DNA of 64,000 nt, from NCBI GenBank assembly GCA_947477655.1, contig CANJTS010000008.1, positions 53,929 through 117,928 of the forward strand, in the 5' to 3' direction. The notes beneath the pieces were generated by a model. The model saw only the letters and a program-made list of their open reading frames with translations, did not search any database and was not told the DNA's origin. This DNA is from Gammaproteobacteria bacterium (GTDB taxonomy: Bacteria; Pseudomonadota; Gammaproteobacteria; Pseudomonadales; Pseudohongiellaceae). Position numbers and translations under genes: made by a program. Of the stretch, positions 51,972 through 60,232 are shown piece by piece (the stretch's first letter is position 1; every line of letters begins with the position of its first letter).

Positions 51972-53213
51972 TTACTGGGCTGGCATTATGCGCAACACCG
52001 CACCGTCTTTTTCTTCTGTTGCTACATAAATAAATCCATCCGGTCCTTGTCTCACATCGCGAATACGCTGGTGTAGATCAACCAGCAGACTTTCGCGGCG
52101 TAGTTCTTCCATGTTTTCATTTAGCACTATGCGTTCTACATGGCCGGTGCCGGGTACTTCTCCCATACGCAAGCCGCCCACAAACAAACCGCCGGTCCAT
52201 TGGCGCATGACATCACTAGTATAAAAAGTCATACCCGATACAGCGATAGCTGGCATCCAGTACACCACGGGTGGTTCAAAACCAACATGGTTGGGGCCAT
52301 CACCTTGCCAGGGGCCGGTGTAATTTCGACCTAAACTTACGATGGGCCAACCGTAATTGGCACCTGCTTTTAGGATGTTGATTTCGTCGCCGCCATTAGG
52401 ACCATTTTCGTTTTGCCACATAACCCCTGTGCCCGGATGCAGCGCCAACCCTAGCGAATTGCGATGACCGTAGGTGTACACATCTTTGCGAGCATTAGGC
52501 GTGTTAACAAAGGGATTGTCAGTGGGGATGCTGCCATCGTCGTTGATACGCATAACCTTGCCACCGGCAGTGTTAAGGTCTTGCGGATCGTTGCCACTGG
52601 TGGTGATGAATAAGCTGCCATCATTGCCAAAGGCTAAACGGGTAGCGCCATTGACGGTTGCTTCGCCGCCCCAGATATCTTTGAAATCTACCAAGGTTGT
52701 GCCTGTCCAACGGCCTCTGCCAATTGCTACACCATGTTCATCATTAGGCAAGGGTTTGGTGTAGGCCAAATAAATCATTTGGTTATTAGCAAAATCTGGA
52801 TGCAGGGCGATGTCGAGATAGCCATGCACAGTTGCTGGCGCACCCGATTCGCCGCGGAAAACTGAAGGTGGGCCACCCATAATTTCGGTGGTGGTGCCAT
52901 TTTTCAGCAGATGAATTTTGCCGGGACGCGACACTACCAAAATACCTCCATCAGGCAGAAAGGTAAGTGCCATGGGTAATTCGATGCCACGTGCGACAAC
53001 TTCAACCTTGATGTTCAACCCTTCGGCGGTTGCGTAGGTCCAGGGTCCGGCACCCAATTTCTGGCCGGCTATACCTGTGGGGGCAACCGGAATGCCGCCG
53101 TTAAAGGCAACACTTTGCTGAGCCATAACAGCTGTAGAAATAAAACAGCCTAAAAATAACGGCATGGTGAACATGCGTGTGGTTTTGATGTTGAACAGTC
53201 TATTTTTAATCAT
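51972..53213 (-). CDS. PQQ-dependent sugar dehydrogenase (soluble aldose/sorbosone dehydrogenase, YliI-like)
   Basis: Signal peptide. GHRNSLGLALHP.TG..W..ENGPNGGDEIN....G.NYGWP signature. Confidence 0.8.
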   Translation of the reverse strand: MIKNRLFNIKTTRMFTMPLFLGCFISTAVMAQQSVAFNGGIPVAPTGIAGQKLGAGPWTYATAEGLNIKVEVVARGIELPMALTFLPDGGILVVSRPGKIHLLKNGTTTEIMGGPPSVFRGESGAPATVHGYLDIALHPDFANNQMIYLAYTKPLPNDEHGVAIGRGRWTGTTLVDFKDIWGGEATVNGATRLAFGNDGSLFITTSGNDPQDLNTAGGKVMRINDDGSIPTDNPFVNTPNARKDVYTYGHRNSLGLALHPGTGVMWQNENGPNGGDEINILKAGANYGWPIVSLGRNYTGPWQGDGPNHVGFEPPVVYWMPAIAVSGMTFYTSDVMRQWTGGLFVGGLRMGEVPGTGHVERIVLNENMEELRRESLLVDLHQRIRDVRQGPDGFIYVATEEKDGAVLRIMPAQ

Positions 53214-53334
53214 GGTGCACCCTTTATTGTGCAAAACGTGGTTTGTATGTTTTTGTTTTGGATAAAAAAGCCGGGTTGATTACACCACTTATGGCGCTAG
53301 ATGGGAACTTGCAGCAGGGGGTCAAGGTGTTTTA

Positions 53335-53411
53335 CATGGCTCAGGAGCACGCGTGGACGCTTCCATTTGGCTCTCATCGGCTTCCTTGCCGATGAGGTCT
53401 CCTGAGCCATG
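53335..53411. repeat. Interspersed intergenic repeat, copy 2 (hairpin-competent, 13-bp terminal inverted repeats)
   Basis: CATGGCTCAGGAG (53335-53347) and CTCCTGAGCCATG (53399-53411) are perfect complements. An internal perfect 9-bp stem CTCATCGGC/GCCGATGAG has a 6-nt loop. Confidence 0.75.
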
Positions 53412-53552
53412 TAGGTCATCATGCCATGGTCAGTCCATTGCCATGCTCGAATCCAAATTTATTGGCGTGTAAACTCCAGTACTTAAAGGTTTAGTACGCC
53501 TTACCACCGCGCGTGTTAACCAAAAATTCCGATTTGGTGAGGTATAAAAAAG

Positions 53553-54449
53553 GTGGTTATTAATTCTTCATTACATGCAGCGCTGGAACTCTTTATTGCT
53601 AAAGAAAAACTGCCTTCTACTTATTTAGACACTGTAGAACAGTGGTTTTTACCCTTGGCAGAACAAATTCTGCATAAAGTGTCACGCAGCAACCAAGCGT
53701 TGCTAGTAGGTGTCAGTGGCTGTCAGGGCAGTGGCAAGTCAACCTTGGCCGAGTTGTTGGTGATGTTGCTCAAAGAATTAATGGGGCTCAATTGCATTAA
53801 TTTATCGATAGATGACTTTTATCTTACTTATGCCGAGCGTCAAACTCTGGCGCGGACGGTGCATCCGCTCTTGGCGACCCGAGGTGTGCCGGGCACACAC
53901 GATATTGAGCTGGCCATCTCTACCATTAATAAATTGCGCGCAAGTGGTCATGTCAACATTCCACGTTTTAATAAAGCAATTGACGATCGTTTACCAGTAG
54001 CAGATTGGCAACGCAAACAAGCACCGGTGGACGTCATTGTGCTGGAAGGGTGGTGTCTGGCTGTGCCAGCGCAGTCTGAGCAGGAGTTGTTGCCGGCGCT
54101 TAATGTGCTCGAACAGCAGGAAGACCCTACTGGCATTTGGCGCAACCATGTCAATGAACAAATCCGCACGGTATATACGCCGTTTTACAACATGATCGAC
54201 TACTTGATAATGCTCAAGGCTCCGGACTTTGCCAAGGTGTTTGAGTGGCGCCAAAATCAGGAAAATAAACTCGCAGCCTTGCAAGCAGCAGGGCAAAAAA
54301 ATCGGGTGATGAACAAGGAGCAACTAATACGGTTTATTCATCATTACGAACGGGTAACCCGCCATGGTTTAAAAATATTGCCCCAGCGGGCAGATGTGGT
54401 ATTCGAATTAACAGATGCACAGACGATTAACGGTAGATTAACTGGGTGA
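53553..54449 (+). CDS. P-loop kinase (COG4240 / D-glycerate 3-kinase-like)
   Basis: Walker A GVSGCQGSGKST, LSIDDFYL and GWC motifs. GTG start. Confidence 0.6.
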   Translation: MVINSSLHAALELFIAKEKLPSTYLDTVEQWFLPLAEQILHKVSRSNQALLVGVSGCQGSGKSTLAELLVMLLKELMGLNCINLSIDDFYLTYAERQTLARTVHPLLATRGVPGTHDIELAISTINKLRASGHVNIPRFNKAIDDRLPVADWQRKQAPVDVIVLEGWCLAVPAQSEQELLPALNVLEQQEDPTGIWRNHVNEQIRTVYTPFYNMIDYLIMLKAPDFAKVFEWRQNQENKLAALQAAGQKNRVMNKEQLIRFIHHYERVTRHGLKILPQRADVVFELTDAQTINGRLTG

Positions 54450-54681
54450 GCGCAGATGCTTGGTTTTAAAAAGTCTGACATCACCCATACAAGGCATTCT
54501 TATTTGCTGTTTTATGTAAGAAATATGGAACATTTAATTGCATTAGTGCTTGACGGTATTTTTGCACACAAGCAGATGTTACTGTCTGATAAGCATTTTA
54601 TATTATGAAATGCCCAGTAATAAAATAACGCTACTAAACAAATGCAGACTGCGGCTCTTAACTGAAAAAGGGGGATATGTA

Positions 54682-57600
54682 ATGTATGCAACTAGGAACA
54701 AAAAAATAAAAGTAGGTCGTGTTTTTCCAAGTTCGGCGCTAACCGCTGTAATTGCTAGCATAACGGCTAGCACAGTGATGGCGGCGCAGCTTGAAGAGAT
54801 AACCGTTACTGGCTCGCGTATCCAACGCGATGTGGGCTTCGAGTCCGCTGCGCCAATCACGGCGCTGTTGTCGGCAGAGCTAACTTTGTTTGAACCCGGC
54901 TTGGGTGTTTCTCAACAATTGGCTAATTTGCCCCAGTTTTTCAACAACGTCAGCTCCGATGATATTGCCGGTCGGGTCGGGGGCGATGTTGGTCAGAGCC
55001 AGCTCAACATGCGCGGCATGGGCGGAGAGCGCACCTTGGTACTGCTGGATGGTATGCGCGTAGTGCCTTCCGACAGTCGCAGTTCAGTGTCAGTCGATTA
55101 TCTCCCTAGTCCGCTAATTCAGCGCACCGATATCGTCACTGGCGGCGCGTCTGCGGCCTATGGTTCCGGCGCCCTGACAGGCGTGACTAATTTTGTTATC
55201 AACCGTCAGTTTACCGGTCTCAAGATCACTGCCCGCGGTGGTATCAACGAATTTAACGGTGATGGTCAGAACACACGCTTTACTGCGGCCTGGGGTCGTG
55301 ACTTTTTAGAGGGCGACCGGCTTCATTTGGTAGGATCACTAGAGATTAGAAATAACCGTGAATTCCGTCGGGCTAGGCCCGATGCGTTTGAATTGGACTG
55401 GGATAAATTTTCAGGCTATGTGACCAACCCCGCATGGGTGGCATGGCGAGCAGCTACCCCGGCCAGTGTACTGGCAAGCGCGGCCCCTGTGCCGTTGCGG
55501 CTTTCTGCACAGGGTATAACCTCCACCTCATGGACCGCGACCGGCCTCATCCGTCAGGCCGGATTCTCCTTAGACCGTTACTCGTTCACCGAAGCCGGTA
55601 CTGGTGTTCAGCCGTTCCAGACCCAGAACTGCGATCTCGTTTCTCTACCCAGCGCCTCAGGCTCACAGTCGAACATGGCATGTAATGACTCTTCCTATCA
55701 GTACCAATTGTTCCGAAAAGGCCGTTACATTGAAGACAGAGTGCGCCTCGGGGTTGCCTTGCAAACCGGTTTTCTAGGAGCGGATTTTCAGCTTACAGAC
55801 ACCACCAAACTGTGGGGTCATGTGCTGTATGGTCGCACTATGAATTCTTCTCCACCGACCCAGACCGGTCAGCATGAGGGCATATCCTACGAGACCGTCT
55901 TTTCAGGCAACCCTTATCTGCCGGCAGTTGTGCAGCAAGCTATGACCACCGAGAAGCGCACCAGTATCCGTGTAGACCAGAACGGTTTTTCGGATATTCC
56001 TTGGGGCTTCCAAGAACGCCCAGTGGTTACCAATTACATGTATTCCGTGACCGGGGGCTTCGACACCCAGTTGTGGGGCGATTGGAATATGAAAGGCTCG
56101 CTTACTTCGGGCTATGCCAACAAACACAGCGTGCTCAACAATTGGGAACGCAACGACCGTTTCTTTATGGCGCATGACGCGGTGAAGGATCCGGAGACCG
56201 GCAACATCGTATGTCGGATTCAAACTATCGCCCGTGATTTCCAGCGCAAAGGCCGCAATCTGGAAGCTGAACTAAATGCTTGGGCTCAAAAAAATACTTC
56301 GGTCTATCCTACCGAAGGGTTAAATCCCTACGAGAAAGCCATCCCACTGAAATATCCTTTCGCAGTGGACAGCATCGACGGCACTATTAAGGATTGTGTG
56401 CCAGTGAATATGTTCGGTAAGGGCAATCAGTCCGAAGCAGCCATGCGGTATATATTCTCGGGCCGCAACAAGACTGCTAATTCCACGCAAAAGCAAGATT
56501 TCGCCGAGATTGTAGCCAACGGTACTGTTTACGAAAATTGGGGTCCTGGTGCGATTTCAGGTGCTATTGGCGCCAACTATCGCAAAGAATCCATTTCCCA
56601 AATTGTGCTTGATCCAGATATCGATACTCTTGGGCCACCCTATAACGTGACATTGCCTGACGGCACTGTGGTGATGCGCGGCATTCCCCCACAAATACAA
56701 ACCGGTAGCGCCAACCTGCACCGTTTCAGTAGCCAGCCATCTTACGGTGGCGGCTTCGATGTTACAGAGATGTTTGCCGAAACAATCGTGCCGTTGTTTG
56801 ATTCAGTCGATGGGCCGCAGTATGCCGAACTCAACCTAGCTGCTCGCCATGCCGACTACTCGCGCGCTGGTAAGGTGTGGGTATGGAAGGCGGGCCTGAG
56901 TTTCCAGGTGCTGGAAGACCTGCGTCTGCGCGGTACTTATTCCCACGATATGCGCGAGGGTTCATTTCGCGAACTCTTCACACAACAAGGTGGCGGTGGT
57001 ACTCCTACAGATCCGGAGCCAACCAAAGAGACTCCCACCGGCCCGGCGGTTACCAATAGATCGTACCTAATCTCCAGCCTTGCTGGCGGCAATCCAGACA
57101 TCGCGCCTGAGCAAGCCGATACTACTGCGATGGGTTTTGTCTATCAGCCGTCCTTCATCGACGGACTTCAGTTGTCACTGGACCGCTATGTAGTGAAGTT
57201 GGATCCATCTATCGTGCAATACACGGTGCAACAAATCGTTGATCAGTGCTTTCAATCCAAAATATATTGTGACCGCATCGACCGTGATCCGGTTACCAAT
57301 CAAATTGGGATGATCAGAAATCTCTTCGTTAACTCAGATAAGGCTAGGGTTAGCGGCTGGGATACAGAAATATCCTATCGCATGGAACCTGACTTTCTTG
57401 CCAACCAGGCTGAATCAATGAATCTACGACTAGTGGGCGGTTTAATGGATGAAAATTCCATTACCCCAAAAGGCGGTATCACGATCGAGCGCGCTGGCCA
57501 GTCAGACATGCCAAAAGAAATGGTGACCATCATGGGTGCCTATAATTTTGGCGACTATGGCGTTAATTTGGTACAGACCTGGGCCGGTAAGTCCAAAAGA

Positions 57601-57828
57601 AACAACACTTGGGTAGAAGGGGTTGATGTGGATAGCAACAATGTCCCTTCTTGGCATAACACCAACTTGGGTTTTTCCTGGAATGTAGAGTCAGAATTAC
57701 TTGGCTTCTGGTCGGCGTCCTTCAATGTCACCAATGTGTTCAACCGGGGTGCGATACAACGCGGCAGCACCACTTCGGGAGACGAAGTTGGGCGGCGCTA
57801 TTCGTTGGGGTTCGAAACTTCTTTTTAA
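54682..57828 (+). CDS. TonB-dependent receptor
   Basis: AAGGGGG Shine-Dalgarno sequence. Signal peptide ..STVMA/AQLEEITVTGSRI and plug motifs (R.DIV.GGASA.YGS.A..GV.N). About 1048 aa. Terminal ..YSLGFETSF. Confidence 0.9.
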   Translation: MYATRNKKIKVGRVFPSSALTAVIASITASTVMAAQLEEITVTGSRIQRDVGFESAAPITALLSAELTLFEPGLGVSQQLANLPQFFNNVSSDDIAGRVGGDVGQSQLNMRGMGGERTLVLLDGMRVVPSDSRSSVSVDYLPSPLIQRTDIVTGGASAAYGSGALTGVTNFVINRQFTGLKITARGGINEFNGDGQNTRFTAAWGRDFLEGDRLHLVGSLEIRNNREFRRARPDAFELDWDKFSGYVTNPAWVAWRAATPASVLASAAPVPLRLSAQGITSTSWTATGLIRQAGFSLDRYSFTEAGTGVQPFQTQNCDLVSLPSASGSQSNMACNDSSYQYQLFRKGRYIEDRVRLGVALQTGFLGADFQLTDTTKLWGHVLYGRTMNSSPPTQTGQHEGISYETVFSGNPYLPAVVQQAMTTEKRTSIRVDQNGFSDIPWGFQERPVVTNYMYSVTGGFDTQLWGDWNMKGSLTSGYANKHSVLNNWERNDRFFMAHDAVKDPETGNIVCRIQTIARDFQRKGRNLEAELNAWAQKNTSVYPTEGLNPYEKAIPLKYPFAVDSIDGTIKDCVPVNMFGKGNQSEAAMRYIFSGRNKTANSTQKQDFAEIVANGTVYENWGPGAISGAIGANYRKESISQIVLDPDIDTLGPPYNVTLPDGTVVMRGIPPQIQTGSANLHRFSSQPSYGGGFDVTEMFAETIVPLFDSVDGPQYAELNLAARHADYSRAGKVWVWKAGLSFQVLEDLRLRGTYSHDMREGSFRELFTQQGGGGTPTDPEPTKETPTGPAVTNRSYLISSLAGGNPDIAPEQADTTAMGFVYQPSFIDGLQLSLDRYVVKLDPSIVQYTVQQIVDQCFQSKIYCDRIDRDPVTNQIGMIRNLFVNSDKARVSGWDTEISYRMEPDFLANQAESMNLRLVGGLMDENSITPKGGITIERAGQSDMPKEMVTIMGAYNFGDYGVNLVQTWAGKSKRNNTWVEGVDVDSNNVPSWHNTNLGFSWNVESELLGFWSASFNVTNVFNRGAIQRGSTTSGDEVGRRYSLGFETSF

Positions 57829-58021
57829 GCAACCTTGATATTTTTATATCCACAGTATGAAAGGAGGCCAAGGATGGCTCTCTTCCATCCCCTTAATATG
57901 CTTGAGTAATACAGGACGTGGAATGATTCGAGTTAATGTGCCTGCCCATAAAGAACACATGTCACCGCCGACCATGTGTTAACCAGGGCTGTACATTCTT
58001 TTTAAACAACCGGGAGTTGTT

Positions 58022-59155
58022 ATGAAAAAGCAATATATACAATGCCGCCTTATTACAGTAACGGCAGTTCTGGCAGCGTTTTACGCGCCCTACGTTTTGG
58101 CACATCATCCCGTATCAGCCAAGTTCGACACGACACAGTCGGTAACACTCACCGGTCGCGTGACGGAAGTCGACTGGGCCAATCCCCACACCCACATTTT
58201 CATGAGCGTGGAAGACAAATCCGGCGCCGTCAAGAACTGGGCAATCGAACTGGAAAGTCCTATCGAACTCGAGTGGGGCGGTTGGCGACCAGACACACTT
58301 GCCATAGGCGCTGTGATCACGGTTGAAGGGCCATTAGCCCGCAATGGCACTGGGCAGATCTGGGCCAACAGCATCATCAAGGAAGACGGCAACAGCGTGT
58401 TCGATCTGCCCGATAACATTCTTGAATCGCAATTGGGATCTCGCGTGGAAGGTCCCGCGCCGCGCTGGCCCGACGGTCATCCCCGGCTTGGTTCAGAACC
58501 TGGGCAAAGCGGCTATTGGTCCGTGCCGAGCCAACATTCGCTTGTGGAAAGCGGGGTGAGTGTGGCGATGGACAAGCATGGCATCCTCGCCAATATCGAA
58601 GATGCTGCAAGTGTTGCTCCTTTCCAAGACTGGGCACGCGATCTTTACGTTATACGCCAGCAGAATTTCATGAAAGATGATCCTCTGTTTCTTTACTGCA
58701 TCCCACCCGGTGGACCACGCATGTTCCAGGTTCCGTACGGTGTGCAGTTTCTCGAGCAGCCCATCCATCAGCGCGTCACCGTGCTAATGGGCGGTGGCAA
58801 CAGTAACTGGCGTTTGATCCACCTGGATGGCCGCGAGCAGATAGGCCAGGTGACTGGCAACGACAACAATCCGCTTTTTTTTGGCCGTGGCCTAGGTCGT
58901 TGGGAAGGAGACAGCTTTGTGGTGGACAGCAACGGCTTCAACGAAAGCTTTTGGTTTTCCAACGGTGGCCTACCACATACCAGTCAGTTGCACTTGATAG
59001 AACGCTTCACACGTGTTGACCTCAACACGCTGCAGTACGAAGTGACAATTGATGATCCCGGGGCCTACACCCGCGAATGGAAAAGTGCATGGACATTACT
59101 CTGGGTGGCGAACAAAGACCTGCCGGATCATTATTGCCAGGATAACCGCCCCTGA
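58022..59155 (+). CDS. Secreted two-domain protein, paralogue 2 (DUF6152-like N-domain plus conserved C-domain), function unknown
   Basis: Signal peptide with predicted cleavage VLA/HHPVSAKFD (His codons at 58103-58108). W.NPH motif. C-domain ..YCIPPGGPR..GRWEGDSFVVDSNGF..GLPHTSQLHLIERFTR..IDDPGAYT..W...YCQDN. Confidence 0.8.
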   Translation: MKKQYIQCRLITVTAVLAAFYAPYVLAHHPVSAKFDTTQSVTLTGRVTEVDWANPHTHIFMSVEDKSGAVKNWAIELESPIELEWGGWRPDTLAIGAVITVEGPLARNGTGQIWANSIIKEDGNSVFDLPDNILESQLGSRVEGPAPRWPDGHPRLGSEPGQSGYWSVPSQHSLVESGVSVAMDKHGILANIEDAASVAPFQDWARDLYVIRQQNFMKDDPLFLYCIPPGGPRMFQVPYGVQFLEQPIHQRVTVLMGGGNSNWRLIHLDGREQIGQVTGNDNNPLFFGRGLGRWEGDSFVVDSNGFNESFWFSNGGLPHTSQLHLIERFTRVDLNTLQYEVTIDDPGAYTREWKSAWTLLWVANKDLPDHYCQDNRP

Positions 59156-59187
59156 TTCACGCTGACCCTACTATGAGTGAACATCCA

Positions 59188-60057
59188 ATGAAAAACACAT
59201 TCAAGCGCAATTCTGGAATTTTTATGCTGGCACCGTTACTCGCGGTGCTGGGCGCGTGTTCGCAGTCTGATGAAAGCATAACCGAGCAAACTAAATCCGC
59301 TGTAACACAAACTACAACTGTAACTGCCGATGGTCCGCCACGCCTTGAAGACGGCAGTGTAAACCTCGGACCGCCTCCGGGCTCGATGGGCTTCTGGACC
59401 GCGAACAACGGTAGGCTCGTCAATGATCCCAATAATTACGAGGCTGCCCGCAGGGAAATGAATTCGCGCGTTAACATCGAGGATGCACCGCTGCAACCCT
59501 GGACACTCGCGCTCACTAACTATCGGCAAGACACATTTATCGCGAGTGAGCCCTACACCCGTTGCAAGCCAGCAGGTGGTCCGCGCCAGATCATGTCGCC
59601 TTATGGTTTTGAGATCGTGCAGATGCCAGAGATGGAGCGTGTCTACATACTTACTGTATCCAATGCGATGAGCTACCGCACAATTTACATGGACGGCCGC
59701 GAGCATCCGGCTGAGATTCTCCGTCCCACCTACCTGGGCCACTCCATTGGTCACTGGGAAGGCGACACGTTGGTCATCGATACAGTTGGCTTTAGCGAAC
59801 GCTCATGGACAAACCGCGACGGTTTACCCACTACAGACAAGCTTCACCTCACCGAACGTTTGACACGCAGCAGCCTTAACGACATGGACTACACCTTTAC
59901 CATAGATGATCCGGGTGCTTACACCGCGCCATGGACGAGCGGTTTCGGCGTGGAATGGAACGCCGACCAAGAAGTGTTCGAGTACATGTGCCAAGAAAAC
60001 AACATTTCGCCAGCGGCGATGGTGGGAGAGGGAAGGTTGAGTATTATCGTGCCGTAG
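59188..60057 (+). CDS. Lipoprotein, paralogue 3 (C-domain only), function unknown
   Basis: Lipobox LAVLGAC. ..RCKPAGGPR..GHWEGDTLVIDTVGF..GLPTTDKLHLTERLTR..IDDPGAYTAPW..YMCQEN aligns with the C-terminal half of 58022-59155. Confidence 0.75.
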   Translation: MKNTFKRNSGIFMLAPLLAVLGACSQSDESITEQTKSAVTQTTTVTADGPPRLEDGSVNLGPPPGSMGFWTANNGRLVNDPNNYEAARREMNSRVNIEDAPLQPWTLALTNYRQDTFIASEPYTRCKPAGGPRQIMSPYGFEIVQMPEMERVYILTVSNAMSYRTIYMDGREHPAEILRPTYLGHSIGHWEGDTLVIDTVGFSERSWTNRDGLPTTDKLHLTERLTRSSLNDMDYTFTIDDPGAYTAPWTSGFGVEWNADQEVFEYMCQENNISPAAMVGEGRLSIIVP

Positions 60058-60103
60058 GATGGATGCTTAATTAGTATCAGCAGATGTGCCCGGGCTGTCT
60101 TAG

Positions 60104-60155
60104 CTTAAGAGTTTGGCTTAAGAATTTGGCTTAGGCATTTGTCTTAAGAGTTTCG
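60104..60155. repeat. 13-bp direct tandem repeat, four units
   Basis: cttaagagtttgg / cttaagaatttgg / cttaggcatttgt / cttaagagtttcg, in the convergent gap between paralogue 3 and the PQQ-ADH gene. Confidence 0.85.
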
Positions 60156-60232
60156 CGGATCATCACTGACACCAAAATAGGCACACACCAGATCTCCGCC
60201 CGTCTTCAAAATAAGGAGAGCAACTAACCACA

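Noticed and set aside
53336-53402. Reading the interspersed repeat as a conserved peptide (minus strand DLIGKEADESQMEASTRAPEP vs DLIGMEDDQSHMDVFKRVPQPS).
   Set aside because: Upstream stops precede both copies, there is no start codon in frame, and substitutions between the copies are spread over all codon positions. The similarity is at the nucleotide level.
54585-54625. Fur-box-like AT-rich segment (ctgataagcattttatattat) upstream of the TonB-dependent receptor.
   Set aside because: Only about half the positions match the 19-bp Fur consensus by eye. That is indistinguishable from generic AT-rich promoter DNA.
57870-57894. GGATGG-ctctctt-CCATCC hairpin after the TonB-dependent receptor gene as a terminator.
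   Set aside because: The stem is only 6 bp and has no following T-tract, so it is too weak to call.
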